DNA of 64,000 nt, from assembly GCA_965223155.1 (NCBI GenBank), contig CBDCVR010000015.1, forward strand, positions 960,001 through 1,024,000, given 5' to 3'. The notes beneath the pieces were generated by a model that worked only from the letters and a program-made list of their open reading frames with translations, made no database searches and was not told the DNA's origin. The translations under genes and the position numbers were made by a program. Of this stretch, positions 17,533 to 26,472 are shown in pieces. Origin of the DNA: Candidatus Multivoradales bacterium (GTDB taxonomy: Bacteria; Acidobacteriota; Thermoanaerobaculia; Multivoradales; JAHEKO01). How positions within the stretch are numbered: position 1 is the first letter of the stretch; the number at the start of each line of letters is the position of its first letter.

Positions 17533-20500
17533 GTGAGGCCCGACATGCTGAGATGTCTAGGCCTTCGAGTTGCATCGATCTCGAAAAGGCTGCTCAACCA
17601 TCGACCGACCATCCCATCCGCCACCTCAATCGTCGAATTGCGTTTCCGCGAACGCGCCGGCCGGCCCCGCCAGGCGGCCCGGCTGTCGCTCCTCGCGGCA
17701 GCCGGCACGGCTTTCCTCTGGGCCACCCCGGCGGCGGCCCAGAACAACTGCTTCGGGGACGTCACCTGGGGCGGCGACGTCGACTCGACGATCGCAAAGC
17801 CCGAGAACTGCACCGCGGACACCCGCTGCTATCCACCCGAGCTTGCCGGCTCGGGAGTTTCGTTCGCTCCGGGCTGCGACCCGTCGGCCGGGCCCTGCGA
17901 CGTCACCGTCACGGCCCAGCTCCGCTTCCCCGGCAACCGGGACAACGAAGACTTCGTCGATGCCTCGGGCCTCGCCTACAGCTTCGCGACCTTTGCCGTC
18001 TTCGACAACACCGGCTCCGGCGTCGGCGGCTGCGGTGTTGCCGGCGCGGTCATCCAATGGGACACCGGCACCGCGACCATCCGCGGCCAGGCCAAGAAGG
18101 GCGACCTCTTCACCATCGTCGCCCGCGCCTGCCCGTGCTCGCCCGAAGGCCTCTGCCCCCTGTGCGAGAAGACCGAGTCCTTCGTCATCCCGATCGGCAG
18201 CCCGCCGCCCCAGGACGACTGCGACGACTGCAAGGCCTGCCCGCTGCCAGGCGCTTCGGCCGGCGGCGGCGGGCCCAAAGGGACCACCGAAACCAACTCC
18301 GGCCCCGAGACGCTCGTCTACTACACCGCCGGCGGCACGGGCGCGCCCGGCACCCCCGGCGCCGACGAGCACGCGGCCACTCTCGGCCACGGCTTTGCCC
18401 ACAACTTCTCCGAGCGGCTCGTCGCCGTCCCCGACGACCCGTACGACAGCGACCGCATCTGGATGCTGACCCGCAAGGGCACCTTCCGCCAGTTCTGGAA
18501 CCTCCAGGGCGGCGAGTACCTGGGCACCGCGCCCTCGGACGAGTACCGCACGCTCTTTGCCACGGCCGCGGGCTACGAGCTTCGCGGCCTCGACGGCACG
18601 GTCCAGAGCTTCGATGCGGCCGGCGTCTGGACCGGCACGGCCGACGCCTCGGGCAACGCCACGACCCCTGCCTACGACGCCTCCGGTCTTCTCACCGCGG
18701 TCGCTCTCCCCGACGGCAGACAAGAGACCTTCACCTACCACCCGGCCGGCTCCGGCCAGGACGGCAAGCTCGCCACGATCACCGAGGTCGGCATCGACGG
18801 CACCTCGACCTTGACCTGGACCTACACCTGGTCCGGAGACGAGCTCGTCCGGATCGACGCCCCGGACGGCACCGCTCTCGCCTACGCCTACGACGACCCG
18901 CGCCACCCGGGCTTCCGGACTCTCACCGAGCGGATCGGCACCGACACCAGCCGCCGCGTCGAGCGCGGCTACGCCTACGACGACGAGGGCAACGTCGTTC
19001 AGACCTGGAGAGGCGACACCGTTCCCGCCGTCGCTGGAGTGAGCGCTTCGCTGCCCGGGCCCGCCGCCGTCGATCACGAGACCTTCGCCTTCGACGACCC
19101 GGTCAACCCGGCGGTGACCACCCGGACCGACGCTCTCGGCAAGATCGCGACCTACGCCATCGGCCGCGACCCTTCGAGCGGCAAGGCCCGCGTGACCTCG
19201 ATTGCGGGCGACTGCCCGGCCTGCGGCCTCGGACCCAACAGCCAGCTCGTCTACGACGACCCGGACCATCCGCTGCTCCCTACCCGCTCGATCGACGGCC
19301 GCGGCACGGTCACGGCCATGGCCTACGACGCCAACGGCCGCATGACCTCGAGGACCGAAGCCCTCGGCACCCCTGAGGAGCGCACCACGACTTGGAGCTA
19401 CGACGATCCGGCCTTCCCGGCCGTCGCCACCACAATCGAAGAGCCCTCGACAACTGCCGGAGCCAGTGGAGCCAGCGGAGCCAGCCGCACCACGACCCTC
19501 GTTCTCGGCGCCGACGGCCATCCCACCACCCGCACCGTCTCGGGAGTCGAGGCCGCAAGCGCCTTCTCGCTTACCACCACCACTACCTACACCGCCGAGG
19601 GCCAGATCGAGACGATCGATCCGCCCGGCTTCGGCACCGACGACGTCACCGCCTTTACCTACGACCCCGCCCGGGGCGGCCAGATCCCACTCTCCCGCAC
19701 CGACCCGATCGTCGGAAGCCTCCCGAACGGCGGCGCCACCACCTACGCCTACGACCCCTTCAACCGCCGAACCTCGGTCACCGACCCCAACGGCGTCGAG
19801 ACCGTCACCGCCTACGACGCCGCCGACCGCGTGACCTTCGTCACCCACAAGGGCACGACCGCCGCCGAGGACCTCGTCACCGAGAACCGCTACAACGCCT
19901 TCGGGGACCTCGCCCTCACCATCCTGCCTCAAGGCAACGCCATCGAGTACGCCTACGACGACACCGGACGCTTGACCTCGATCGGACGCGGTCCCGCCCC
20001 CGGGACCCTCCTCGAGAGGACCCTCTACGAGCTCGACGCCGCCGGCAACCGCACCCGCGAGACGCTTCAATCCTTCGACGGCACGTCCTGGGTCACGACC
20101 TCCGAGACCGCCTACCTCTACGACTCCCGATGCCGGCTCGACCGGATCGTCCGCGCCCCCGGAACCCCCCAGGAATCCGTCACCGAGTACCGCTACGACT
20201 GCAACGGCAACCTCGAGTCCCTCTGGGACGCCAACCACGACTCGGCCTCGGATCCTCCGACCCAGAGCTACACCTACGACCGGCTCGACCGCCTGACCGC
20301 CATCGCCCAGCCCTGGGCCGGAGCGGGGGCCGGCTCTGCCACCACCACCTACGCCTACGACGTCCAGGACCACCTCGTCGCCGTCACCGACGCCGAGGGC
20401 AACACCACCGCCTACGTCTACTCCGACCGGGATCTCCTGACCCGTCAGGACTCTCCCGTCTCAGGGGTTGCCACCTTCGCCTACAACGACCACGGCGAGC

Positions 20501-22284
20501 TCGTCTCCGAGACCGACGGCCGAGGCGTCACCACCACCCGGACCGTTGACGCTCTCGACCGCGTCACCTTCCTCGACTCCGACGAGAACGCTCTTGACAC
20601 CACCTACACCTACGACGACCCCGCCGTTGCCTTCTCGGCCGGACGCCTGACCGCCATCTCCCGCAACGGCCATTCCATCGACTACCGATACGACCGCTTC
20701 GGACGCACCACCCAGGACGGCACCCTCGCCTACGCCTACGACGCGAACGGCAACCGCACCGGCGTCACCTACCCGGGCGGAGTCTCCGTCACGACCACCC
20801 ACGACTACGCCGACCGGGAGGAGACCCTGGCCGTCACGGATGGTGGCGCCGGGGGAGGGACCACCAGCCTCGTCTCCGCCGCCACCTACCTCCCCTCGGG
20901 CCCGCTCACCTCCCTCGTCCTCGGCAACGGTCTTACCGAGACCCGAGCCTTCGACCCCCGGTACTTCCCGGCCGGGATCTCCGTTCCCGGACGCCTCGAC
21001 TGGGCCTACGCGACCGACTCGCTCGGCAACATCCTCCAGATCGCAGATGCCGGTCCAGGCCCGGACCGCACCTACACCTACCAGGACGTCCACTACTTCC
21101 TGACCTCGGGCACCGGGCCCTGGGGCTCTCGTGCCTTCACCTACGACAAGATCGGCAACCGGCTCTCTGAGACCCGGGACGGCACTGCTGACTCCTACGC
21201 CTACCCGGCCTCCCCCTCCGGAGGCAACCTCCCCAAGCTCGCGACGATCGCTACGGGAAACACCGCCTCCGAGCGCTTCTTCTTCGACGACGCCGGCAAC
21301 GAAACCTACCGCGCCACCCACACCGCCAAGCACCGGCTGAGCTACGATGCCCTGGGACGGATGAGCCAGATCAAGACTGACTCGGGCGAGACCGCGGGGG
21401 CCCTCGTCACCCTCGCCTACGACGGCAGGAGCTTCTTGCGCCAAGCCGCCCGAAGCCCCTTCCCCGGCCAGCCCGCCACCGTCACCACCAACCCCACCTA
21501 CTCCTCCGACGGGCTTCTCATGCACAAGGAGACGACCGCGGTCTTGGGACCCGAAGATCCCCGAGGCGAGGGCAGCGCCATCAGCGACGCCTACGTCCTC
21601 TACTTCGCCGGCAGGCCCGTCGGCATCCTCGAGAACGAGACCGTGACCCCGCTCGGCGGATCGCCCGCGAGCACCTCCACCCTCACCTATCTCACCACCG
21701 ACCACCTCGGCACCCCGGTCCTTGCCACCGACGACTCCGGCACCACCACCTGGGCCGGAGGCTTCGCACCCTTCGGGGACGACTGGCAGGCGCAGGCCGG
21801 TACCGGGGCGAGTGAGGCGGGAGTCTTCCTGCGCTTCCCGGGCCAGTGGGACGACCCGGCCTGGGGCGGGGCGGGAGCGGGGTCCGCTAGCGCCTCAGAC
21901 CCTGGCCTCTACTACAACGTCCACAGGTGGTACGAGCCGGGGACGGGGAGGTATGGGAGGGTCGATCCGTTGGGGTTCCGACAGGGAACCGAACCGTTCC
22001 TGTACTCCCGCAACAATCCCGTCGTCTGGGCTGACCCGCTAGGCCTCGCGCCTTGCGAGTGCACGGATGCGTGCCCTAGCGGGGAGTGGACCTATGTCGG
22101 TGCGTCAGGCGGATTTGGATTTGGCGGAGGCCTAGCAGGCCAATGGGGCACCTTTCATTGCAACGGCAAACCTGAGGTCGACGTCCCTGTGAAGGCCGTG
22201 TGTGGCGTGCTCGGCTTCGCAGAAGACGGAAGATCAGCTGCTGCGTTCGATCAATTGGCGAGACAACAGTATGCGGCTCTTTGA
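17533..22284 (+). CDS. Rhs protein copy D with signal peptide; tip CT4 apparently truncated at ~22218
   Basis: N-terminus nearly identical to copy B; diverged core. After DPLGL, ~58 aa of Cys/Gly-rich tip run into glycosyltransferase-derived DNA. Confidence 0.85.
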   Translation: MRPDMLRCLGLRVASISKRLLNHRPTIPSATSIVELRFRERAGRPRQAARLSLLAAAGTAFLWATPAAAQNNCFGDVTWGGDVDSTIAKPENCTADTRCYPPELAGSGVSFAPGCDPSAGPCDVTVTAQLRFPGNRDNEDFVDASGLAYSFATFAVFDNTGSGVGGCGVAGAVIQWDTGTATIRGQAKKGDLFTIVARACPCSPEGLCPLCEKTESFVIPIGSPPPQDDCDDCKACPLPGASAGGGGPKGTTETNSGPETLVYYTAGGTGAPGTPGADEHAATLGHGFAHNFSERLVAVPDDPYDSDRIWMLTRKGTFRQFWNLQGGEYLGTAPSDEYRTLFATAAGYELRGLDGTVQSFDAAGVWTGTADASGNATTPAYDASGLLTAVALPDGRQETFTYHPAGSGQDGKLATITEVGIDGTSTLTWTYTWSGDELVRIDAPDGTALAYAYDDPRHPGFRTLTERIGTDTSRRVERGYAYDDEGNVVQTWRGDTVPAVAGVSASLPGPAAVDHETFAFDDPVNPAVTTRTDALGKIATYAIGRDPSSGKARVTSIAGDCPACGLGPNSQLVYDDPDHPLLPTRSIDGRGTVTAMAYDANGRMTSRTEALGTPEERTTTWSYDDPAFPAVATTIEEPSTTAGASGASGASRTTTLVLGADGHPTTRTVSGVEAASAFSLTTTTTYTAEGQIETIDPPGFGTDDVTAFTYDPARGGQIPLSRTDPIVGSLPNGGATTYAYDPFNRRTSVTDPNGVETVTAYDAADRVTFVTHKGTTAAEDLVTENRYNAFGDLALTILPQGNAIEYAYDDTGRLTSIGRGPAPGTLLERTLYELDAAGNRTRETLQSFDGTSWVTTSETAYLYDSRCRLDRIVRAPGTPQESVTEYRYDCNGNLESLWDANHDSASDPPTQSYTYDRLDRLTAIAQPWAGAGAGSATTTYAYDVQDHLVAVTDAEGNTTAYVYSDRDLLTRQDSPVSGVATFAYNDHGELVSETDGRGVTTTRTVDALDRVTFLDSDENALDTTYTYDDPAVAFSAGRLTAISRNGHSIDYRYDRFGRTTQDGTLAYAYDANGNRTGVTYPGGVSVTTTHDYADREETLAVTDGGAGGGTTSLVSAATYLPSGPLTSLVLGNGLTETRAFDPRYFPAGISVPGRLDWAYATDSLGNILQIADAGPGPDRTYTYQDVHYFLTSGTGPWGSRAFTYDKIGNRLSETRDGTADSYAYPASPSGGNLPKLATIATGNTASERFFFDDAGNETYRATHTAKHRLSYDALGRMSQIKTDSGETAGALVTLAYDGRSFLRQAARSPFPGQPATVTTNPTYSSDGLLMHKETTAVLGPEDPRGEGSAISDAYVLYFAGRPVGILENETVTPLGGSPASTSTLTYLTTDHLGTPVLATDDSGTTTWAGGFAPFGDDWQAQAGTGASEAGVFLRFPGQWDDPAWGGAGAGSASASDPGLYYNVHRWYEPGTGRYGRVDPLGFRQGTEPFLYSRNNPVVWADPLGLAPCECTDACPSGEWTYVGASGGFGFGGGLAGQWGTFHCNGKPEVDVPVKAVCGVLGFAEDGRSAAAFDQLARQQYAAL

Positions 22285-22690
22285 CATCTCGACCCCCGCT
22301 GCTTCGGTCGAGGGCGGGTGGTTCGGCACGCTGACCGAAAGCAACTGCATCGCCCTTCACAAGCGACAGTACACGGCAATGGGCGGCTACGATCCGCGGT
22401 TTGATGCGCCCGGGGGAGGCCTGGCGAACCTTGATTTCTTTGCCCGGATTTGCGAACGATTCCGTGACGAGCTGGTCGTCCTGCTCGGTGAGGGAACTTT
22501 CCACCAAGTCCACGGCGGTGCGGCGACCAGCGACGCCAGCTACCCTTCGCGCTGGATGGGCCAGTACGAGCGCATCCGGGGCGCTCCCTACAAGCCGCCG
22601 CGGATCGACCCCTACTATTTCGGCCGCCTTCCGGCGCAAGCAAGGCGTTTCCTGGATCCGGGCTCTGTCCCGGGCACGAAAGGAACGTGA
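22219..22690 (+). pseudogene. C-terminal remnant of a GT2-like glycosyltransferase
   Basis: ESNCIAL...MGGYDPRF...GGGLANLDFF...LLGEGTFHQVHGG resembles the GGfDxxF region of GT2 enzymes; the N-terminal half is missing. Confidence 0.6.
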
Positions 22691-22845
22691 CGGATGGCCA
22701 TCGCTGCCGGGCAGTCACGCTTGATCACCTTGGCCGTTGGTCCCACATCGACCGGATGTGCGAGCTCGAAGCCTAGGTTCCGATCGCGGACGAGCTCGAG
22801 AGCCAGGAAAACCGAAGTTTCTGCGGCGGCGCCGCGCCGCGGAGA

Positions 22846-23076
22846 CTAGCCCTTGGAGCGCCGCGGATCGTTGCCGTAGGTGTACTCGGTCTGGATCTTG
22901 CCGTCCTGCTTGTGGACGATGAGTTGGCCGAGGCCCGTCCGCTTGGCCAGCTGGCGGCCACGCTCGACGGCGTCAGCCTTTGTGTCGTGACGGCTCGAGG
23001 CGCGCTTGGCTCCGCGCTTCTTGACCTGCCAGGTGTCGCCGTCTTTGGTTACGTGGAAAACTTCTCGTTTGGCCAT
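22846..23076 (-). CDS. DUF2188 family protein
   Basis: 76 aa, FHVTKDGDTWQVKKRGAKRASS...TKADAVERGR...LIVHKQDGKIQ...YGNDP; AAGGAG RBS. Confidence 0.85.
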   Translation of the reverse strand: MAKREVFHVTKDGDTWQVKKRGAKRASSRHDTKADAVERGRQLAKRTGLGQLIVHKQDGKIQTEYTYGNDPRRSKG

Positions 23077-23282
23077 AATCCCTCTCCTTGATGGCTGTTG
23101 CTGACGCCGTGGCGCGGCACGCCCCGACGGCTGTAGCAGTATAGTCCGCGGCCGCCCCTTCTCGAAGTCGTGTTGGGTTGCGCACCCGTGCCGGGCGCCG
23201 CGGCCCGCGTCGAAGCCGGGCACCGTCGCTCGCAGACAGGCCGGAGCCCGACCGCAGCCAAGCTCGGGTCGGGCCGCGGCCG

Positions 23283-23311
23283 TTGACACCAACCCGGTCG
23301 GACACTACGCT
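23283..23311 (+). promoter_or_regulatory. sigma70-type promoter for the TonB-dependent receptor
   Basis: TTGACA-N17-TACGCT about 60 bp upstream of the start. Confidence 0.65.
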
Positions 23312-23370
23312 CTGCTTACTTTCTTGATTACAGGCCCCACCCAGAGTGCCGGGCCGGAAAGGCAGGAATC

Positions 23371-26361
23371 ATGATGCGATTTTCGAGAACACCACGTGGT
23401 ATCGGCAGCGGCGAGCTCGTTCGCTACGGCTTCGTCGCGTTCCTCGCTCTGCTTCTGGCCCTGGCTGCTCCGGTCGCGGTCTGGGCGCAGGAGGGCGAGG
23501 AGGCCGAGGAGGCGGCGAGCGAGGCGGGCGCCGACGAGGGTGGCGATGCCGAAACGGTATCGGACACCATCGTGGTCACCGGCTCCCGAATCCCGACCAA
23601 CCCTCTCTATCAACGCGCGCCGATCGTCGAGGTTGACGAGATCGAGATCAAGCGCTCGGGTCTGACCAACCTGGGAGCCAGCCTCCAGCAGATCCCGAGC
23701 ATGGGTACCGCCATCAACGCGCGCTTCAACGTGCCCGGCAACTCGGGCTTTCCCCAGGACGGCAACGGTATCGGGGCCGGTGCGGTGCAGCTCTCGCTGC
23801 GCAACGTCGGCGCCAAGCGGACTCTGGTTCTGGTCGACGGCCAGCGCTGGATCCCCGGAGCTTCGGCTTCGGGCGTCGCCAACGCGGTCGATCTCAACAC
23901 ACTGCCTTCCAACATGATCGAGCGGGTCGAGGTGCTGCAGGACGGCGCCTCGGCGATCTACGGCTCGGACGCGATCGGGGGCGTGGTCAACGTCATCACC
24001 CGCAGCGACTTTGAAGGCTTGCGGTTCTCGGTCCAGAAGGGCAGCTTCGTGAGCGAGGGCGACGGCGAGGGCACCGAGGTCTCGAGCCTCTGGGGCGGCG
24101 GCAGCGACCGGACGAACGTGGTCTTTAGCGCCGCCTTTTTCGAGGAGGGCGCGGTCACGACCACCGATCGGGCGCAGTCGGCGTTTCCCAATCCCTTCGC
24201 GACGACCTGCGACATTCCGGGCACTTTCTGTTCCTCGTTTACCCCGCAGGGCCGCTTTATCCTGGGTCCGAACTTCGACTTCTGGGACGGCACGCTCAAC
24301 ACCGGCGTTCTGAACGACGGTGGCTCGAACGTTCCGATCTTCGACCCCAATAGCCCGAACGGCGGAGACTTCCACGCCTTTACCGCGGCCGACCGGTTCA
24401 ACTACAACGGCCAGGACTTTAACTATCTCCAAACGCCGAACCGGCGAGCCAATCTCTTTACTTCGATCACCCACGCCTTGACCGATTCGACGGACTTGAA
24501 CTTCAAGGCGTCGTACACCAACCGGAAGTCCAACACCCGAGCCGCTCCCGAGCCGCTGTGCCTGGGCGCCGGCTGTGGCAACCGGATCGCGGAGAACATC
24601 CTGATCCACCGCGACAATCCCTTCAATCCCTTCGGCGTCGATCTGTCGGTGGCGAACGGCAATCTGGAGTTCTTCGGCCGCCGGCCGCTCGAGTCGGGTC
24701 CCCGGCTCTTCAACCAGGACGTCGATACCTACTTCACCAGCGTCGGCTTCGACGGTACCTTCGGCACCGATTCGCGCAACTTTGCCTGGGACGTGACGGC
24801 GGCCTACGGCGAGAATCGAGGCTTCCAGCAGAAGCGCAACTCGCACAACATCGCGAAGATTGCGGTCGCGCTGGGCGATCCGGACGTTTGCGCCCAGGTG
24901 CCGAACTGCGTTCCGTTCAACTTCTTCGGCGGCCAGGGACCCAACGGCGCCGGCTCGATCACTCAGGAGATGCTGGACTTCGTCACCTACACTCAGCGTG
25001 ACTTCAGCGAGCAGACGCTCCTCAATCTGAGTGCCAACATCAGCGGCGATCTCTTCCAGCTCCCCAACCAGGCCAACGTCGGCTTTGCCGCCGGCATCGA
25101 GCACCGGGAGCAGGACGGCTCCTTCCAGCCCGATCCGATCGCGGCCAGCGGCGAGACCGCCGGCATTCCGTCGGCGCCCACCGCGGGCGGCTTCGACGTC
25201 TCCGAGGCGTATCTCGAGCTCAACTTCCCGCTCATGATCGACCGGCCCGGAGCCGAGTATCTCGAGCTCAACGTGGCCGGCCGGTACTCGGACTACAGCA
25301 CGTCGGGCGGCGAGGACACCTACAAGCTCGGCTTCCTGTACCGACCGATCGAAACACTGTCGCTTCGCGGCTCGGTCGCGACCGGCCTCCGGGCTCCCGG
25401 CATCGGCGAGCTCTTCGGCGGCGCCGCGCGCGAGGACTTCACGTTCCTGGATCCGTGCGCTGACGTTCTCGGCGTGATCGGCTCGGCCAACGGCGGCCGG
25501 GACACGCCGCAGCCACAGAACATCATCGACAACTGTGCCGCCCTGGGCGTGCCGGTCGGCTTCTCCCAGCGCAATCCGCAGCTTTCAGCGATCTCGGCCG
25601 GCAACGCGGGCCTCATCGCCGAGACTTCGGACAGCTACTCGCTGGGGTTCGTCTACAGCCCTGGACGGGGTCCGAGCGGGCGCGGCTGGACGGTCTCGGC
25701 CGACTTCTACGACCTTCAGATCGACGATGCCATTCAGGGCCGTAGCCCCGGTGAGGTCATCACCGCCTGCGTCCAGACCCTGGATCCGTTCTTCTGCAAC
25801 GGCGTCGAGCGCGCCGCCAGCGGTCTCATCAATCTGGTCGACAACCAGTTGCAGAACATCGGCGGCATCGAGGCTTCCGGCGCCGACTTCACCTTCGACT
25901 GGTTCGGCGGCGGCGCTTGGGCTTTCGGCTTCAACGCCACCTACCTGAGCGACTACACCGAGCTGACCCGCAACCCGGACGGCTCGCTGTCGAGCGTCGA
26001 TCGGACCGGCACCCTGACCGACGAGACCTTCCAGCGCGGCTTCGCCGAGTGGCGGGCGGTCACCAAGGTGGACTGGCGCCGGGAGCGCTGGGACACGGGT
26101 GTGACCTTGCGCTGGACCGACGAGATGCTGCTCGACTCCGGCAGCACGCTCGATTCGATCCTGTACGCGGATCTCCTGGTCCGGTACCTGCTGCCGTATG
26201 GCGACGACTCGACCAGCGTCAGCTTCGGCATCAATAACCTCTTCGACGAGGATCCGAGCGTCTGCGACGCCTGCGGTGTCGTCAGCATGAGCCCCTTCCA
26301 TGACCTGCCGGGCATGGTCGGCTACGTCCGGCTCGACGTCGGTCTCGGCGACGGCTCGTAA
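23371..26361 (+). CDS. TonB-dependent receptor
   Basis: Signal peptide; TonB box DTIVVTGSR; plug motif RTLVLVDG...IERVEVLQDGASAIYGSDAIGGVVNVIT; C-terminal FGINNLFDEDP. Confidence 0.95.
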   Translation: MMRFSRTPRGIGSGELVRYGFVAFLALLLALAAPVAVWAQEGEEAEEAASEAGADEGGDAETVSDTIVVTGSRIPTNPLYQRAPIVEVDEIEIKRSGLTNLGASLQQIPSMGTAINARFNVPGNSGFPQDGNGIGAGAVQLSLRNVGAKRTLVLVDGQRWIPGASASGVANAVDLNTLPSNMIERVEVLQDGASAIYGSDAIGGVVNVITRSDFEGLRFSVQKGSFVSEGDGEGTEVSSLWGGGSDRTNVVFSAAFFEEGAVTTTDRAQSAFPNPFATTCDIPGTFCSSFTPQGRFILGPNFDFWDGTLNTGVLNDGGSNVPIFDPNSPNGGDFHAFTAADRFNYNGQDFNYLQTPNRRANLFTSITHALTDSTDLNFKASYTNRKSNTRAAPEPLCLGAGCGNRIAENILIHRDNPFNPFGVDLSVANGNLEFFGRRPLESGPRLFNQDVDTYFTSVGFDGTFGTDSRNFAWDVTAAYGENRGFQQKRNSHNIAKIAVALGDPDVCAQVPNCVPFNFFGGQGPNGAGSITQEMLDFVTYTQRDFSEQTLLNLSANISGDLFQLPNQANVGFAAGIEHREQDGSFQPDPIAASGETAGIPSAPTAGGFDVSEAYLELNFPLMIDRPGAEYLELNVAGRYSDYSTSGGEDTYKLGFLYRPIETLSLRGSVATGLRAPGIGELFGGAAREDFTFLDPCADVLGVIGSANGGRDTPQPQNIIDNCAALGVPVGFSQRNPQLSAISAGNAGLIAETSDSYSLGFVYSPGRGPSGRGWTVSADFYDLQIDDAIQGRSPGEVITACVQTLDPFFCNGVERAASGLINLVDNQLQNIGGIEASGADFTFDWFGGGAWAFGFNATYLSDYTELTRNPDGSLSSVDRTGTLTDETFQRGFAEWRAVTKVDWRRERWDTGVTLRWTDEMLLDSGSTLDSILYADLLVRYLLPYGDDSTSVSFGINNLFDEDPSVCDACGVVSMSPFHDLPGMVGYVRLDVGLGDGS

Positions 26362-26384
26362 GGGTCGCCTTCATCCACCAACCT

Positions 26385-26422
26385 CGGGGCGGCTTCCGCA
26401 AGGGAGCCGCCCCGTTTCTTTC
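26385..26422 (+). terminator. Intrinsic terminator
   Basis: CGGGGCGGCTTCC-GCAA-GGGAGCCGCCCCG followed by TTTCTTTC, between convergent genes. Confidence 0.8.
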
Positions 26423-26472
26423 TGGAGCTCGCGCGACCGTTCCGCGGCGCGCCGTGCCGTGTCGTGCCGCGG

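Larger units (their letters stand above)
3131..19200 (+). repeat. Large direct duplication (3131 to ~5400 repeated at 16935 to ~19200, offset 13804)
   Basis: Matching ORFs at a constant offset (3434/17238, 3729/17533). Copy A also matches copy C at an offset of ~13703-13712. Confidence 0.85.

Noticed and set aside
350-21705. Long antisense and alternate-frame ORFs over the Rhs genes (e.g. 3822-5699, 17626-20373, 3749-5737)
   Set aside because: Shadow ORFs caused by high GC and codon bias; low-complexity translations with no motifs.
1-22284. Diversity-generating retroelement explaining CT1 versus CT1'
   Set aside because: No reverse transcriptase in the window, and the differences are not confined to adenines.
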